This document shows, in pieces, positions 23,569 through 36,291 of a stretch of 64,000 bases of DNA. The notes under the pieces were generated by a model. The model did no database searches, was not told where the DNA came from, and worked only from the letters and a program-made list of their open reading frames with translations. Made by a program: the position numbers and the translations under genes. Origin of the DNA: Amphiscolops sp. MND2022 (Eukaryota); assembly GCA_964187785.1 (NCBI GenBank), contig OZ076409.1, forward strand, positions 5,024,001-5,088,000, in the 5' to 3' direction. Each line of letters begins with the position of its first letter. The stretch's first letter is position 1.

Positions 23569-26500
23569 TTACTTTCCATCCGTGTTGTATTTGCTGAGGT
23601 CTACTATAGGTAGATTGTCGCCCCGCATTATGATACTGTCTTCTTCGGTCTCGGCGTTTTCAATTTCCAGTTCAAATTCTTCCCGTAATTCTTCCGGTTC
23701 GTCTTGTTCTTCGGTTATGGGTTGGTACCCGCCTCCCAATCGGTTCGCTCTTCTCATTAACTCCGCATCGATTTCAGCAATCTCCTCTCTACTCCTTTTG
23801 TTAGGTCTTGATGGGGCGAATACTGTCCGTTGTGTGTATTGGTCGTACCGGCGTCGTAATGTTCCTGGCCGGGATAGTTGATTTCTTTGTTCGACTAGTC
23901 GGCACGTCTCTGGGCTGTTGTTCCGTCTGCGGATAATCTCCATAATTTCCCGTGTGGCGCCCCAGTGGTAAAAGTTTTCACGATCCATTTCGGTAATTTC
24001 CGTATTTAATTTTCTGCTTTTTTGAGTTTGATTTAAACTTTTACCTTCTTTCGTTGAATGACTTCTCTCTAGCGTGCTAATTTCGGACTGCCCGGATGTG
24101 GTTTTCTTATTTCGTTGGTGTTTGTTCACGTTGTTTTTGTTCTCGAATGTTCTATTCTTCTGTGATTGGTTCGCGCGATTCTCATTTTCTTCTTCGGATG
24201 TATTCTTCTTTGTCTCGGTTATTGCTTTCTCGCTTTTTGATTGGTCGGCGAATATTGGTCCGTATTTTATGTTCAGTTTTGCTTGTTCGGATAGTATGTT
24301 GATGACGTATTCCTCGTCGTAACTTTCCTCCGGTGTAGCTCCCCCTACCGGATTTCTACTAAGGTAATCGGTTAATTTGAAGTTATTTCCTGCGATATGT
24401 TGTATCGATATATCAAAATGAGTTAAGCGGTCTAACCATCTTGTTAGTCGCGCACTATATTGTTTATTACTCCGGTTTCTTTTAATTAATGGTTCTAGTG
24501 CTTGGTGGTCGGTATAAAGGTGTACCTTTTTTCCGTACAAATAAAATCGGAATTTTTCAAGTCCCCACACTACTGCTAGTAGTTCTAGTTCACCGATAGA
24601 ATATTTCTTTTCGGTATCATTCAAATATCTGCTTCCGAATGCTATCGGTTTTGTGTTTCCGTCGTCTTGCTTTTGCCACAGTGTTATTCCCAGTCCGGTA
24701 GTGCTAGCGTCCGTTGTTACTATGTTCTCTTTATCTTTTGCGTAGTGTGCTAAGCATGGGCCTTCAGTTAACATTTGTTTTATTTTTTTGAAGTCTTTCT
24801 GTTGTTCTTCTGCCCATTTCCATGGTTCGTTCTTTTTCAATAGTTTCCGTAACCGGTCGGTTTGTTCCGAGAGTTTCGGTAGGAATTTCGCCATGTATTG
24901 TATTGCTCCGAGAAATGATTTTAGTTCTTTTGTGTTTTCCGGTGGTTTCAATTTCAGTATTGCTTCTACTTTTTCTTCGTTCGGTTTGATTCCGTTCTCA
25001 TCGATTTCGTGTCCCAACCATTTTATCCGGTTCATAACGAATTCTGATTTCTTTTTACTTGCTCGGTAACCGGTTTTTTCCAGTTTATTTAGGACGTCGA
25101 ATAGTTTCTTCTCGTGGTCTTGTCTGCTTCCCCGTGTTACCACAATTATATCGTCCAGCCATGCCGGTGTGCAGTATTCAACTGTTCGGTCAATTTTTTC
25201 TTGGAATATTGTGGGTATATCGGCAAGTTCGTAAAACCCTTTTTTGAACCGGTAATATCCGCTAAATTTTCCTCCGGTTAGTGCAAATACGCAGTGTCGG
25301 CTTGTTTCTTCTGATAGTCTCATTTGACCGTATGCGTAATCCAAGTCTATTTTGGAGATGAAAAGTTTTACTGTTCTGTTGCGTGTTATTTCCACCGATA
25401 TTTGGTTCAGTAATTCTTCCATATTTGGCATATGGGGTCTCATTTTAATGCAACTGTCGTTCAATTTCCTTGAATCTAGCGCTATTTTCACCGACTTGTC
25501 GCTTTTTACTGTTATTACCACCGGTGATACAAAACAGTCTTCATCTACATCGTTTATTTTTTCTAAGTGTCCGGATTTTATTAGTTTTTCTAATTCCCGT
25601 CCGACATCGTCTTGAAGGTGTAGTGGTATCGGTCTTGCTTTTTGTTTAACCGGATAGTGCCCTGGTTTTAATTGAATGTTTATCTCGGTGTCTTTTATCG
25701 TTTCGTTGTTCTCAACTAGGTCCGGAAATTTATTGAATACTTTCTCGCGTTCTGATTGGTTGTTTTCGGCCAATTGAGTTTTACTAATTGTTAGTTTGAA
25801 TTTCTTCATCCAATCCATCCCCAGTAATGGTGTTATATCTGTTCTTTCGGTTATCAGGATTTCCATTTTCTGTTTGTTGTTTTCGTGTTCGACGTTTACC
25901 GGAATTTTCCCCCGGAATTTTACTTCGTTTTTGTTTACATCTTGATACCGGCTTGTTATTTTCTGTATTTCGGTTGATTTCGTTATTCTTTCGTCCGGTG
26001 GCATTAATGATATTGGTGATCCGGTATCAATTATAATTTCTTTCGGTATTCCGTTGATCTTCAGTGTTGTGGTGAAGTGTTTGTTTGTTTCGTCTATTTT
26101 CTTTATTTCTTTTATGTTGTGTATGCTGTCTTCGGATTCACTTGACGGTTCGTCCGATTCGTTTGGTTCGTTTTCGGTTAGTCTTTTCGCCGTTCGGTTG
26201 TTGTTCATTTTCTGTCTGCATACTTTTGCGTAATGTCCTTTCTTGCCGCATTTATTACAATTGGCGTCTAGTGCGGGACATTTATGTAATGGAGTCCAAT
26301 TAGGTGCATTACAGAATCTGCATGTTCGGTTTCCGAAATTTCTGTTTTTCGGTCTTGCTCCGAATTTTTCCATTCTCTGGATTGGTTCTTCCTTTATTAT
26401 TTGCTTCTCTTTTGTTGATATCAAGGCTTCCGGTATTGCGTTCTTTTTGTTTTTCTTCTCGTACGTATTTTGCTTGATCAGTTCAATTATCTTCTTCAGT

Positions 26501-27020
26501 TCTAATGTTTTTTCTTTCATTATTTTGTCCCGTAATTTTTTGTCGGTGATTGCTGTCATATATTTTGATATCAACAATGCTTCTGCTGAAATAGTGTTAA
26601 AGTTACATTCTTTTTCGATTTCGATTAGTCGTCTCCAGAAGTCTTCCGGTGTTTCCTCTTCTGTTTGTTTCGCCCAGAAGAAATCCACGATTATGGTATG
26701 TATTTCTTTTTGGCATGTAGAATTCGGTGATTAACCGGATTAAGTCTTTCACTTTTATGCTGTCGGGTTCCGTTTTATATTCGGCCCTGGTTATCTGGTA
26801 TAGTGCTTCCGGTCCCACTCCCCACAAGAAATCTTCTTGGATTGCTTGTTCTTTTGCGGACCATCCGGAATCTGTCATGTTTTCTCCTTTCACTAGTGGT
26901 GTGATGTCCATCTTGTGTTCCCGTTTGCAAAACTGCCGGAATCTTTCTAGCCACTGTCTCGGTGTAAATACCGGATTCCCGTCTGTGGCTTTTGTTTCTA
27001 GGTTTGGGACGATATTTCTA
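23569..27020 (-). pseudogene. Gypsy gag-pol: twin Zn knuckles, protease, RT, RNase H
   Basis: CRFC...HKC and CNKCGKKGHYAKVC; IIDTGS; WLDDII; TDAS...YSIGELELLAVVWGLEKFR...TDHQAL; gag frameshift at about 26690. Confidence 0.93.
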
Positions 27021-27654
27021 TGTTAAGAATGAAATATCAATTATTCGCACACCCCTAGTTTGGAGTCTGTTCTACAGTCGATTATAACTTGGGGAAGGGG
27101 CTGTACTTCATAAGGTGATAATGTTTTTTACTCTAGGCTTCAGAGGTGATCGGGAAAACCCCAAGGAAAAACGCCTATAGGAAATTACGATAACGTAGTC
27201 AGTTATTGTCTCATACCTCTAGTGCCCTTAATGCAGGATCGGAACGACGTGTCATTACTGACCCAGCTGCTAGTTTTAGAGCTTTAGAGCGAATCTGAAT
27301 ATACACGGATTTTTGGATTCAAGGAGCTTTATATTCACTGGAAATTGACACTAATTTCTGATACTTTATTCTGTCGCAATCCAAACAGCGATTGAATTCA
27401 GGAGGTCATCTTTAGGGGACCTGTTTTTAAGTAGGGGTGTCTTGGTTTTTATTGTTCATAAGAGTGTTTTTGTTACTTTTTTCAATGTGGCTTGTAAAAA
27501 GTGTGTGTCATGGATTTTCACTGATTTTTTCATTGAGTTGCTTTGTTTTGGTTTCAGAAAAGTAGACAACGAAATGATGTTCACACGAAGAGTGCCAAGC
27601 CCTAGCAATATGTAGACGATTTCAAATGACCTCCACCCCAATGTATACAGCCGG

Positions 27655-27780
27655 AGTTGACCTCCAGATTGACCCCTGTTTTGACCCTTGAGAAAGGTTG
27701 ACCTCCAGATTGACCTCTGTTTTGACCCTGGAGAAAGGTTGACCTCCAGATTGACCTCTGTTTTGACTCTTGAGAAAGGA
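27655..27780. repeat. About 40-bp minisatellite, three copies (one copy in the duplicate unit near 31220)
   Basis: GTTGACCTCCAGATTGACCYCTGTTTTGACYCTTGAGAAAG repeated. Confidence 0.85.
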
Positions 27781-30700
27781 TGACCTTATGACACAGTGTC
27801 CCCATAGTTGAATGTTGACTGCAATGTTGACCTCAATGAAAGAAAAAGGCGCGGATTTCGTGATTTTTCCAAAGGCAAACGGAAGACTCGGAAACGAACG
27901 TGAAGTTCTTTGGTACCATAAAGTCGACTTGGCTGAATCAAGCATCTTCATCCTCATGCAATCTAATTTCCATGTGAATGTAAATCCATTAATTCTCATC
28001 CATGTTTACTGTGCGAAGAATTGATTCGCTGATTATTTCGATTGGTCTACTTATCCTGATGTTTCTCGTGAATTTCCTCAATTTTTGGGCTTCAATTATG
28101 TTTCTTATTAAAAAAACACTGTATTGACCTTTGTTACTAAAATCATGAAAGATTCAGTAAAAAAGTAGTGTACAAATACAATTAAAAATATTGAGGTTGA
28201 AATTAAAAAGAATAACATTTATCTAAATTGATAATCCCTCCAACATTTTTTACCGTATCATTTTATCCTCATATCTAGTTAATACTCTCTCTTTTAATAA
28301 CTTGAACATCCATTTCAAATGAAAATTGGGTGCGTGATGAAATAGAAAAGGGCTTTGATTTATTGATTTTCGCGATCATCAAAAAGGTTACATAACATTT
28401 CGTCCTATGCAATTTCAACCGTTGTCAATTTCAACCTATTGCTTTTTCAACCTTCCGCAATTTCGACCTATACTAATTTTGGCTAATCACTTTTGATTCG
28501 TTTTTAGTCGGCGTTTTCGAAGAAAATCCCGACTCTTACAGTGGCTAGTTTTTTTCGTCAGTTCAACGCGTACGTCCACTTTTTGTGCATTAATCCAATT
28601 AATGCACATTTACCAATTTTACCATATTTACTTAGTACTTCATTTTCAACGCATCCAAAGCGTCAAACATGAGATAAAAAGCGTCCCCCCTTTTACATTT
28701 TTCGGCACTATGCGACTTACCGGTAACTTCGAAAAAAAATTTCAAAAAAATTATCTTCTCAATTTTTAGCTTTTTGAGAGCTTTTGTTTTTTTTTCTTAA
28801 AAGGGTCCCCAATTCACCAATACTTTGACATTTTGAAGTCCTTCTGCTATTTTTGAGCCTTAGATATGGCGCCGACTTGGGCCGTTCCCGGCTTGTTAGT
28901 TATCATTTCAGTACAATAGTTAGTAATAAATCAAACAGCCCTAATTAATGGTACTTATTCATGAAGAAGTCAAAACAAATCGAAAGTGCCGTAAAAATTA
29001 GCACATTTCGATTTAGAAATGTATAAAAATGAAAGCACTTATGGTAATTATATTACTAATTAAGATTCGAAATTGCGGAAGGTTGAAAATGCATTAGGTT
29101 GACATTGTCAACGGTTGAAATGACAACGATTGAAATTCCATAGGATGGGACAATTCAACATATTAATGAAATCTATGGATAGATGGAGCATGATAAAGAA
29201 GCCCTATTCATAATATAATACCTAATTCTGTAAATAATTGGCTAAATTATACATCCAATCGTGCAGTGCAACTTAGACATCGCTAATAATTTGCTTGGTT
29301 GTGTGTTTTTGTCCAGGGTTGTGTTACCCTCTCTATTTGTTGAAACCTCTCTCGAAACCATCTGAACCTGGGAATGAAAAAATTGCCCAAAGGTTTTAAA
29401 GCATCTTTAAAGCACCTTTTTAGGACTTTGGAAAATTTTGATTTTTTTTGAAGTACTGTACTATCCGTTTGATTTCTTGATTTTTGTTGGAAAAAAATAG
29501 GATTTTTGAAGGTTTTTATTTACATCTGACAATAGAAATATTAAAATAGAAACTTTGTAGACGTAAATAACGATTATCAGAAGTAAAACCTTCATATCTA
29601 ATAGTTTGGAGTTGATTATTTTAATGATTTGGCTGAAATTCTCAAACAGGAAACTCCAATAATCGATGAATTTTTCCGAACCATCAGAGGCTTGAATAAA
29701 CCCCTCCTAATTATAACTTAAATTTGGTTCAATCTTCAATTTGTTCTACCTTCATTTTTGTCATATTGTGCAGTGTTTCACATGTGTTATAATACATTTT
29801 GAATTTCATGTGCGATTGAATTAATTTCAATATTTCTAATTATTTGAATGTCTCAATTGTTAGTTAATCATACTGTTTGATAAATTTCCCCGGTGATCTG
29901 AGTAAGTAGTTTTCAAAAATATATTTTTCCTCACGAATGTATCTCTATTGTTTCATTACCAATAATTTAAAGGTTCTATTTTAGGAAATACCATTAACGT
30001 GAAATGCCATTTTAGTTTTTACATTAAACTACCGTTTGATTTTTAAAAAATATATGAGAATTTCCCATTGATATGTTATGAAAACACATAAAAACAGTGC
30101 ATGTATTGTTTGATAAAAAATAATTATGGGTAGGATAGGGGTAATAATAAAAATTATTAAGTGAGGCAGAAGCCTAATACATTACCTTACAGTTTGCTCT
30201 CACGGATTTTTATTGAAACGGAATCCTTTCCAACTGACTTTTCCATAAACTTTGGTGTCTGTCTTCAAGGAACAGTTCATAAAAATATTCTTTGAATTTT
30301 ACTTTCACCGTGTTAGTTATATTTAGATGTTGTGTCCGGATGTTTAGCGTGGTTTGAGTTCCAAAGTTTGCACCCACGCTTAATTAGACAATTTTCGAGA
30401 ATGGAAGTTCGATGTCTGACTTGACCGGATTGGTTAAAAATCCGGAAATTATTAGATATTTGCGACTGAAACGATGCTGGAAAGATTACATATCTTCCTA
30501 AAAACAGCCAATGTGACTTGAGATTGAGTCATTGACTGAAATTTTACAGCGTTGATAAAACCAATGAATTAATATATTCATTGGTTTTCAATGAAATATC
30601 AATTATTCGCACACCCCTAGTTTGGAGTCTGTTCTACAGTCGATTATAACTTGGGGAAGGGGCTGTACTTCATAAGGTGATAATGTTTTTACTCTAGGCT

Positions 30701-31897
30701 TCAGAGGTGATCGGGAAAACCCCAAGGAAAAACGCCTATAGGAAATTACGATAACGTAATCAGTTATGGTCTCATACCTCTAGTGCCCTTAATGCAGGAT
30801 CGGAACGACGTGTCATTACTGACCCAGCTGCTAGTTTTAGAGCTTTAGAGAGAATCTGAATATACACGGATTTTTGGATTCAAGCAGTTTTATATTCACT
30901 GGAAATTGACACTAATTTCTGATACTTTATTCTGTCGCAATCCAAACAGCGATTGAATTCAGGAGGTCATCTCTAGGGGACCTGTTTTCAAGTAGGGGTG
31001 TCTTGGGTTTTATTGTTCATAAGAGTGTTTTTGTTACTTTTTTCAATGTGGCTTCTTGTAAAAAGTGTGTGTCATGGATTTTCACTGATTTTTTAATTGA
31101 GTTGCTTTGTTTTGGTTTCAGAAAAGTAGACAACGAAATGATGTTCACACGAAGAGTGCCAAGTCCTAGCAATATGTAGACGATTTCAAATGACCTCCAC
31201 CCCAATGTATACAGCCGGAGTTGACCTCCAGATTGACCTCTGTTTTGACTCTTGAGAAAGGATGACCTTATGACACAGTGTCCCCATAGTTGAATGTTGA
31301 CTGCAATGTTGACCTCAATGAAAGAAAAAGGCGCGGATTTCGTGATTTTTCCAAAGGCAAACGGAAGACTCGGAAACGAACGTGAAGTTCTTTGGTACCA
31401 TAAAGTCGACTTGGCTGAATCAAAAATCTTCATTCTCATTCAATCTAATTTCCATGCGAATGTAAATCCATTAATTCTCATCCATGTTTCCTTGTGCGAA
31501 GAATTGATTCGCTGATTATTTCGATTGGTCTACTTATCCTAATGTTTCTCGTGAATTTCCTCAATTTTTGGGCTTCAATTATGTTTCTTATTAAAAAAAC
31601 ACTGTATTGACCTTTGTTACTAAAATCATGAAAGATTCAGTAAAAAAGTAGTGTACAAATACAATTAAAAATATTGAGGTTGAAATTAAAAAGAATAACA
31701 TTTATCTAAATTGATAATCCCTCCAACATTTTTTACCGTATCATTTTATCCTCACATCTAGTTAATACTCTCTCTTTTAATAACTTGAACATCCATTTCA
31801 AATGAAAATTGGGTGCGTGATGAAATAGAAAAGAGCTTTGAAATTTATCACTGACTTTGATTTATTGATTTTCGCGATCATCAAAAAGGTTACATAA

Positions 31898-32262
31898 CAT
31901 TTCGTCCTATGCAATTTCAACCGTTGTCAATTTCAACCTATTGCTTTTTCAACCTTCCGCAATTTCGACCTATACTAATTTTGGCTAATCACTTTTGATT
32001 CGTTTTTAGTTATCATTTCAGTACAATAGTTAGTAATAAATCAAACAGCCCTAATTAATGGTACTTATTCATGAAGAAGCCAAATTGAATCGAAAGTGCC
32101 GTAAAAATTAGCACATTTCGATTTAGAAATGTATAAAAATGAAAGCACTTATGGTAATTATATTACTAATTAAGATTCGAAATTGCGGAAGGTTTAAAAT
32201 ACATTAGGTTGAAATTGTCAACGGTTGAAATGGCAACGATTGAAATTGCATAGGATGGGAAA
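31898..32262. mobile_element. Foldback-type MITE with modular TIRs (MULE-like)
   Basis: ATTTCGTCCTATGCAATTTCAACCGTTG...CAACGATTGAAATTGCATAGGATG; related copies at about 28398-29155 (interrupted by a HINE) and 51395-51769. Confidence 0.65.
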
Positions 32263-33574
32263 ATTCAACATATTAATGAAATCTATGGATAGATGGAGCA
32301 TGATAAAGAAGCCCTGTTCATAATATAATACCTAATTCTGTAAATAATTGGCTAAATTATACATCGAATCGTGCAGTGACAAATACATATATTTTTGTTG
32401 TAATCTTGTGTTCAATCAACTTGGGACATCGCTAATAATTTGCTTGGTTGTGTTTTTGTCCAGGGTTGTGTTACCTTCTCTATTTGTTGAAACCTCTCTC
32501 GAAATCATCTGAACCTGGGAATGAAAAAATGCCCAAAGGTTTTAAAGCATCTTTATAGCACCTTTTTAGGACTTTGGAAAATTTTGATGTTTTTTGAAGT
32601 ACTGTACTATCCGTTTGATTTCTTGATTTTTGTTGGAAAAAAAATAGGATTTTTGAATGTTTTTATTTACATCTGACAATAGAAACAATAAAATAGAAAC
32701 TTTGTAGACGTAAATAACGATTATCAGAAGTAAAACCTTCATATCTAATAGTTTGGAGTTGATTATTTTAATGATTTGGCTGAAATTCTCAAACAGGAGA
32801 CTCCAATAATCGATGAATTTTTCCGAACCATCAGAGGCATGAATAAACCCCTCCTAATTATAACTTAAATTTGGTTCAATCTTCAATTTGTTCTACCTTC
32901 ATTTTTGTCATATTGTGCAGTGTTTCACATGTGTTATAATACATTTTGAATTTCATGTGCGATTAAATTAATTTCAATATTTCTAATTATTTGAATGTCT
33001 CAATTGTTAGTTAATCATACTGTTTGATAAATTTCCCCGGTGATCTGAGTAAGTAGTTTTCAAAAATATATTTTTCCTCACGAATGTATCTCTATTGTTT
33101 CATTACCAAAAATTTAAAGGTTCTATTTTAGGAAATACCATTAACGTGAAATGCCATTTTAGTTTTTACATTAAACCACCGTTTGATTTTTAAAAAATAC
33201 ATGAGAATTTCCCATTGATATGTTATGAAAACACATAAAAACAGTGCATGTATTGTTTGATAAAAAATAATTATGGGTAGGATAGGGGTAATAATAAAAA
33301 TTATTAAGTGAGGCAGAAGCCTAATACATTACCTTACAGTTTGCTCTCACGGATTTTTATTGAAACGGAATCCTTTCCAACTGACTTTTCCATAAACTTT
33401 GGTGTCTGTCTTCAAGGAACAGTTCATAAAAATATTCTTTGAATTTTACTTTCACCGTGTTAGTTATATTTAGATTTTGTGTCCGGATGTTTAGCGTGGT
33501 TTGAGTTCCAAAGTTTGCACCCACGCTTAATTAGACAATTTTCGAGAATGGAAGTTCGATGTCTGACTTGACAA

Positions 33575-34490
33575 TCTAATTTACGAGTTTTTATTTTCAC
33601 AAAAAGTGAAAGTAGGAAGTGACACGGTTTTAAATGCAGGGAGTGAATTTTGTGACAGCCTCCAGAAATAAGAGTTCGAAGTCCAGAAAATATCGGATTG
33701 GTAAGACACTATATTGAACTTAGAGATCGCGCGATGAGTCGAATTTCCGTCCGTCGGTTGAAGCACGATTTTATTGCCCAATTGAGCTGTTGGTCAAGTG
33801 AGGCAACAAGATTTTGAGTGATTGAGTTCAGTATAATCGATGAATAATTGCGATAACTGAGAACGAGCGCATTCATTATGATGATACGTATTTATATTGA
33901 AAGGGTTTTTGATTGCATTCAAAGTTTTAATTCCACAGGCCATCTTGCGGAGAACGTTTTTTACTCCTTGCTGAAATGTAAGATTTTGATCAAGAAAGAA
34001 ATCGAGATATTTTGCAGTTGAGGATAAAGGGGTTTGGTTTTCGAGTTTGGGATCACGCTATTTTTTTATTTTTACATAGGGCAATAAATTCAGATTTATC
34101 AGCATTTAAGTTCAATTTATGCTTCCGGAAATATTCTGATATTTCAAAAGGGCTTTTTTCAAGATCAGAGCGTGCTATGTTGAAATCTTCGTTGGTCGTG
34201 TAAAGCATAGTATCATCCGCATCGCATATTGTAAAATTCAACAAATGGGTGCAATATTTTGCCGCATGTCATTGACATAAATGTTAAAGAGAAGTGGCCC
34301 TAGGACTGTGCCTTGTGGCACATCTTGATATATTCCAATCTTCTCAGATGTGGTGTTCTTGACGCAGACTTTTTGGATTGTTGCAAGTAAAATCGATCAG
34401 CATTTTTCTTGATGGTTCATCAAAGCCTAAAGCAAATTGTTTCTTCTCCAAATTGTTGTATTGGATAGAGTCGAATGCTTTTCAATGTTA
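33575..34490 (-). mobile_element. Decayed LINE reverse-transcriptase fragment
   Basis: KAFDSI (about 34470), VPQGTVLGPLLFNIYVND (about 34270-34325), disrupted YADD (DADDT), LNLNADKSEFI. Confidence 0.85.
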
Positions 34491-36053
34491 GGCCTTGAGT
34501 GTTTTAATTACCATAATAAGTATTGTGTATTGGCGAGTTTTTTCTAGCTGAAAAAAACGGGGGACGGTTTAAAATAAAAAGAGGGGCTCTTGGATTCAAA
34601 ATGAATTGGACTTGGAATGTTTTCACTTCGGATTGTTGTTGGAAAATATTGAACAGCTATCATTACATAGAAATTAACCCTGAATAGCCTTGCGATACTT
34701 AAAGGCGGCCTACCTTTTTTCAACTTCGGATCCGTCTTTCCAGTAACCCATATTCTCTAGCACAGTTTTTCTTCAATAGTTTGTCAGTACCGTGTTTGGT
34801 CCGAACGACACAAGCATCAGAATGGATTTTTCTTGCAAAAAAATATACTTTTCCAATTTTCCATTTTTGGCAAATTACAGTTTTCTCAAAAGTCATTGAC
34901 TCATAAAGAAAAGCAACCCCATACCCTTCCACAACAAGACCTACTGCAACAATCCAAACAAGCTGTTGTTATTACAAGATGTTTCGAAAAATTGCAAGAA
35001 CGCTCAGGTCAATTTGATTTAGATTTTGATTTGGTCAGAATTTGGGCTCGTAATTGTCATTTCCGCAAAAAAATGCTTGGGCCATGCTTTTTATTTTCCC
35101 CAGGTACACATTGTTTCGTATCCCCATCACGAAAGCACACTTTATTCTCGAAAAAATGATATATATATATATATATATATTTCTGATAAGAGAACTTTAT
35201 ATGGTTGTAAAATGCAGTAAAAGTACTTAGAAGATGGTTGCTACAGCTTTTTTGACACTTCATGCCCTGAACAAGTTAAAATCGTATAGAAAGCCCATAT
35301 TTTAACGCTAATTTTCTATGCACTAAAATTGAATGAGCACCTTTTAACTTAATCTACAATAACATAAAATCTAAATCAATACAAAATACTAAATCAAATA
35401 AAAGACAGGACATCAGTATTTTATTGGACCAAACTTTCAACGCGAACGATGTCGACATAATGGATTTCGAACTTTGTTACTTATTCCTGGGGGTGGTGGC
35501 TGGGTTCAATAAGTGAAGTGCATACCAGACGAATACTATCTGTTGCTCGTCTGCGGGGACTCTTCAATTCGTCGAACTTCATTTTAATTTAGCGAGCATG
35601 ATGTGACGTAATGGAATGAATTGATTTCGGCCAATCAAATTCGAGCATTCAAAATTACGATAACGTTGTCAGCTATGTTCACATACTCCTAGTGTCCTAA
35701 ATGCAGGAGCGGAGCGAAGCGGAGCAACGTGCCATCTGGCCATGCCTCAATATTGCTACTTGACGAAGGGAGCGAAGCGACCGAGCCATACAACAAATAT
35801 GCTAATCGCCGCAAAATATAACTAAATGAAAATAATCGCTGATATGGAATTCTTTCGACGCATTGAATAGTTTTTCATTTTTCGACGAATTGAAGTTGCA
35901 CCCTCGTCTGCCGCAGGTTCGACAAGGTTAGAGAAAGTGCGATACGACGTTTGCGCACGAACCCGAAACTATACAAACTAGAGATTTTGCTGAACGAAAC
36001 TATCGTAACCAAGTTGAACAAGTTACCTGTATTTAGCGAACACGTTGGTAATA

Positions 36054-36231
36054 CAGTAAACCCTCGATTATCCGCCACTCGATTATCCGCCACCTTTGGT
36101 CAACCGCCACAAATCTACGGGGACATTTTGCTATAACACCCGTGTTTAAGCTCCCTTGATTAACCGCCACTCTCACTTATCCGCCATAATTCGCGCTGGA
36201 CCGATCGCGGCGGATAATCGAGGGTTTACTG
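36054..36231. mobile_element. Pogo/Tigger-like MITE
   Basis: TA|CAGTAAACCCTCGATTATCCGCC...GGCGGATAATCGAGGGTTTACTG|TA. Confidence 0.9.
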
Positions 36232-36291
36232 TACTGCGATGAATGAAGATGAAACTGAATGTATGCCGAAATGACTTTTATAATTTTATAT

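Larger units (their letters stand above)
21419..27027 (-). mobile_element. Ty3/Gypsy LTR retrotransposon (Mag-like), 5'-truncated and defective
   Basis: Gag-PR-RT-RH-IN order; one LTR plus PPT at the left; no 5' LTR or PBS; frameshifts near 26690 and 22180 and an in-frame TAA at 23569-23571. Confidence 0.95.
21226..33572. repeat. Tandem segmental duplication (about 3.1-kb unit, two copies)
   Basis: Unit 1 is 21226-30425, interrupted by the Gypsy element and a HINE; unit 2 is 30427-33572; near-identical by eye from GGATTGGTTAAAAAT to GTCTGACTTGAC. Confidence 0.92.

Noticed and set aside
23569..23571. Programmed stop-codon readthrough between RNase H and integrase
   Set aside because: The element has two other frameshifts and a G-to-E change in the RT FYGL motif, so a simple nonsense mutation is more parsimonious; other copies would settle it.
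21830..27026. + strand ORFs overlapping the Gypsy pol
   Set aside because: Antisense shadows of the A-rich pol frame; F/S/L-rich with no motifs.
27456..28024. ORFs in the duplicated 3.1-kb unit (also 31017-31515)
   Set aside because: No recognisable domain, and the frames differ between copies because of the minisatellite.
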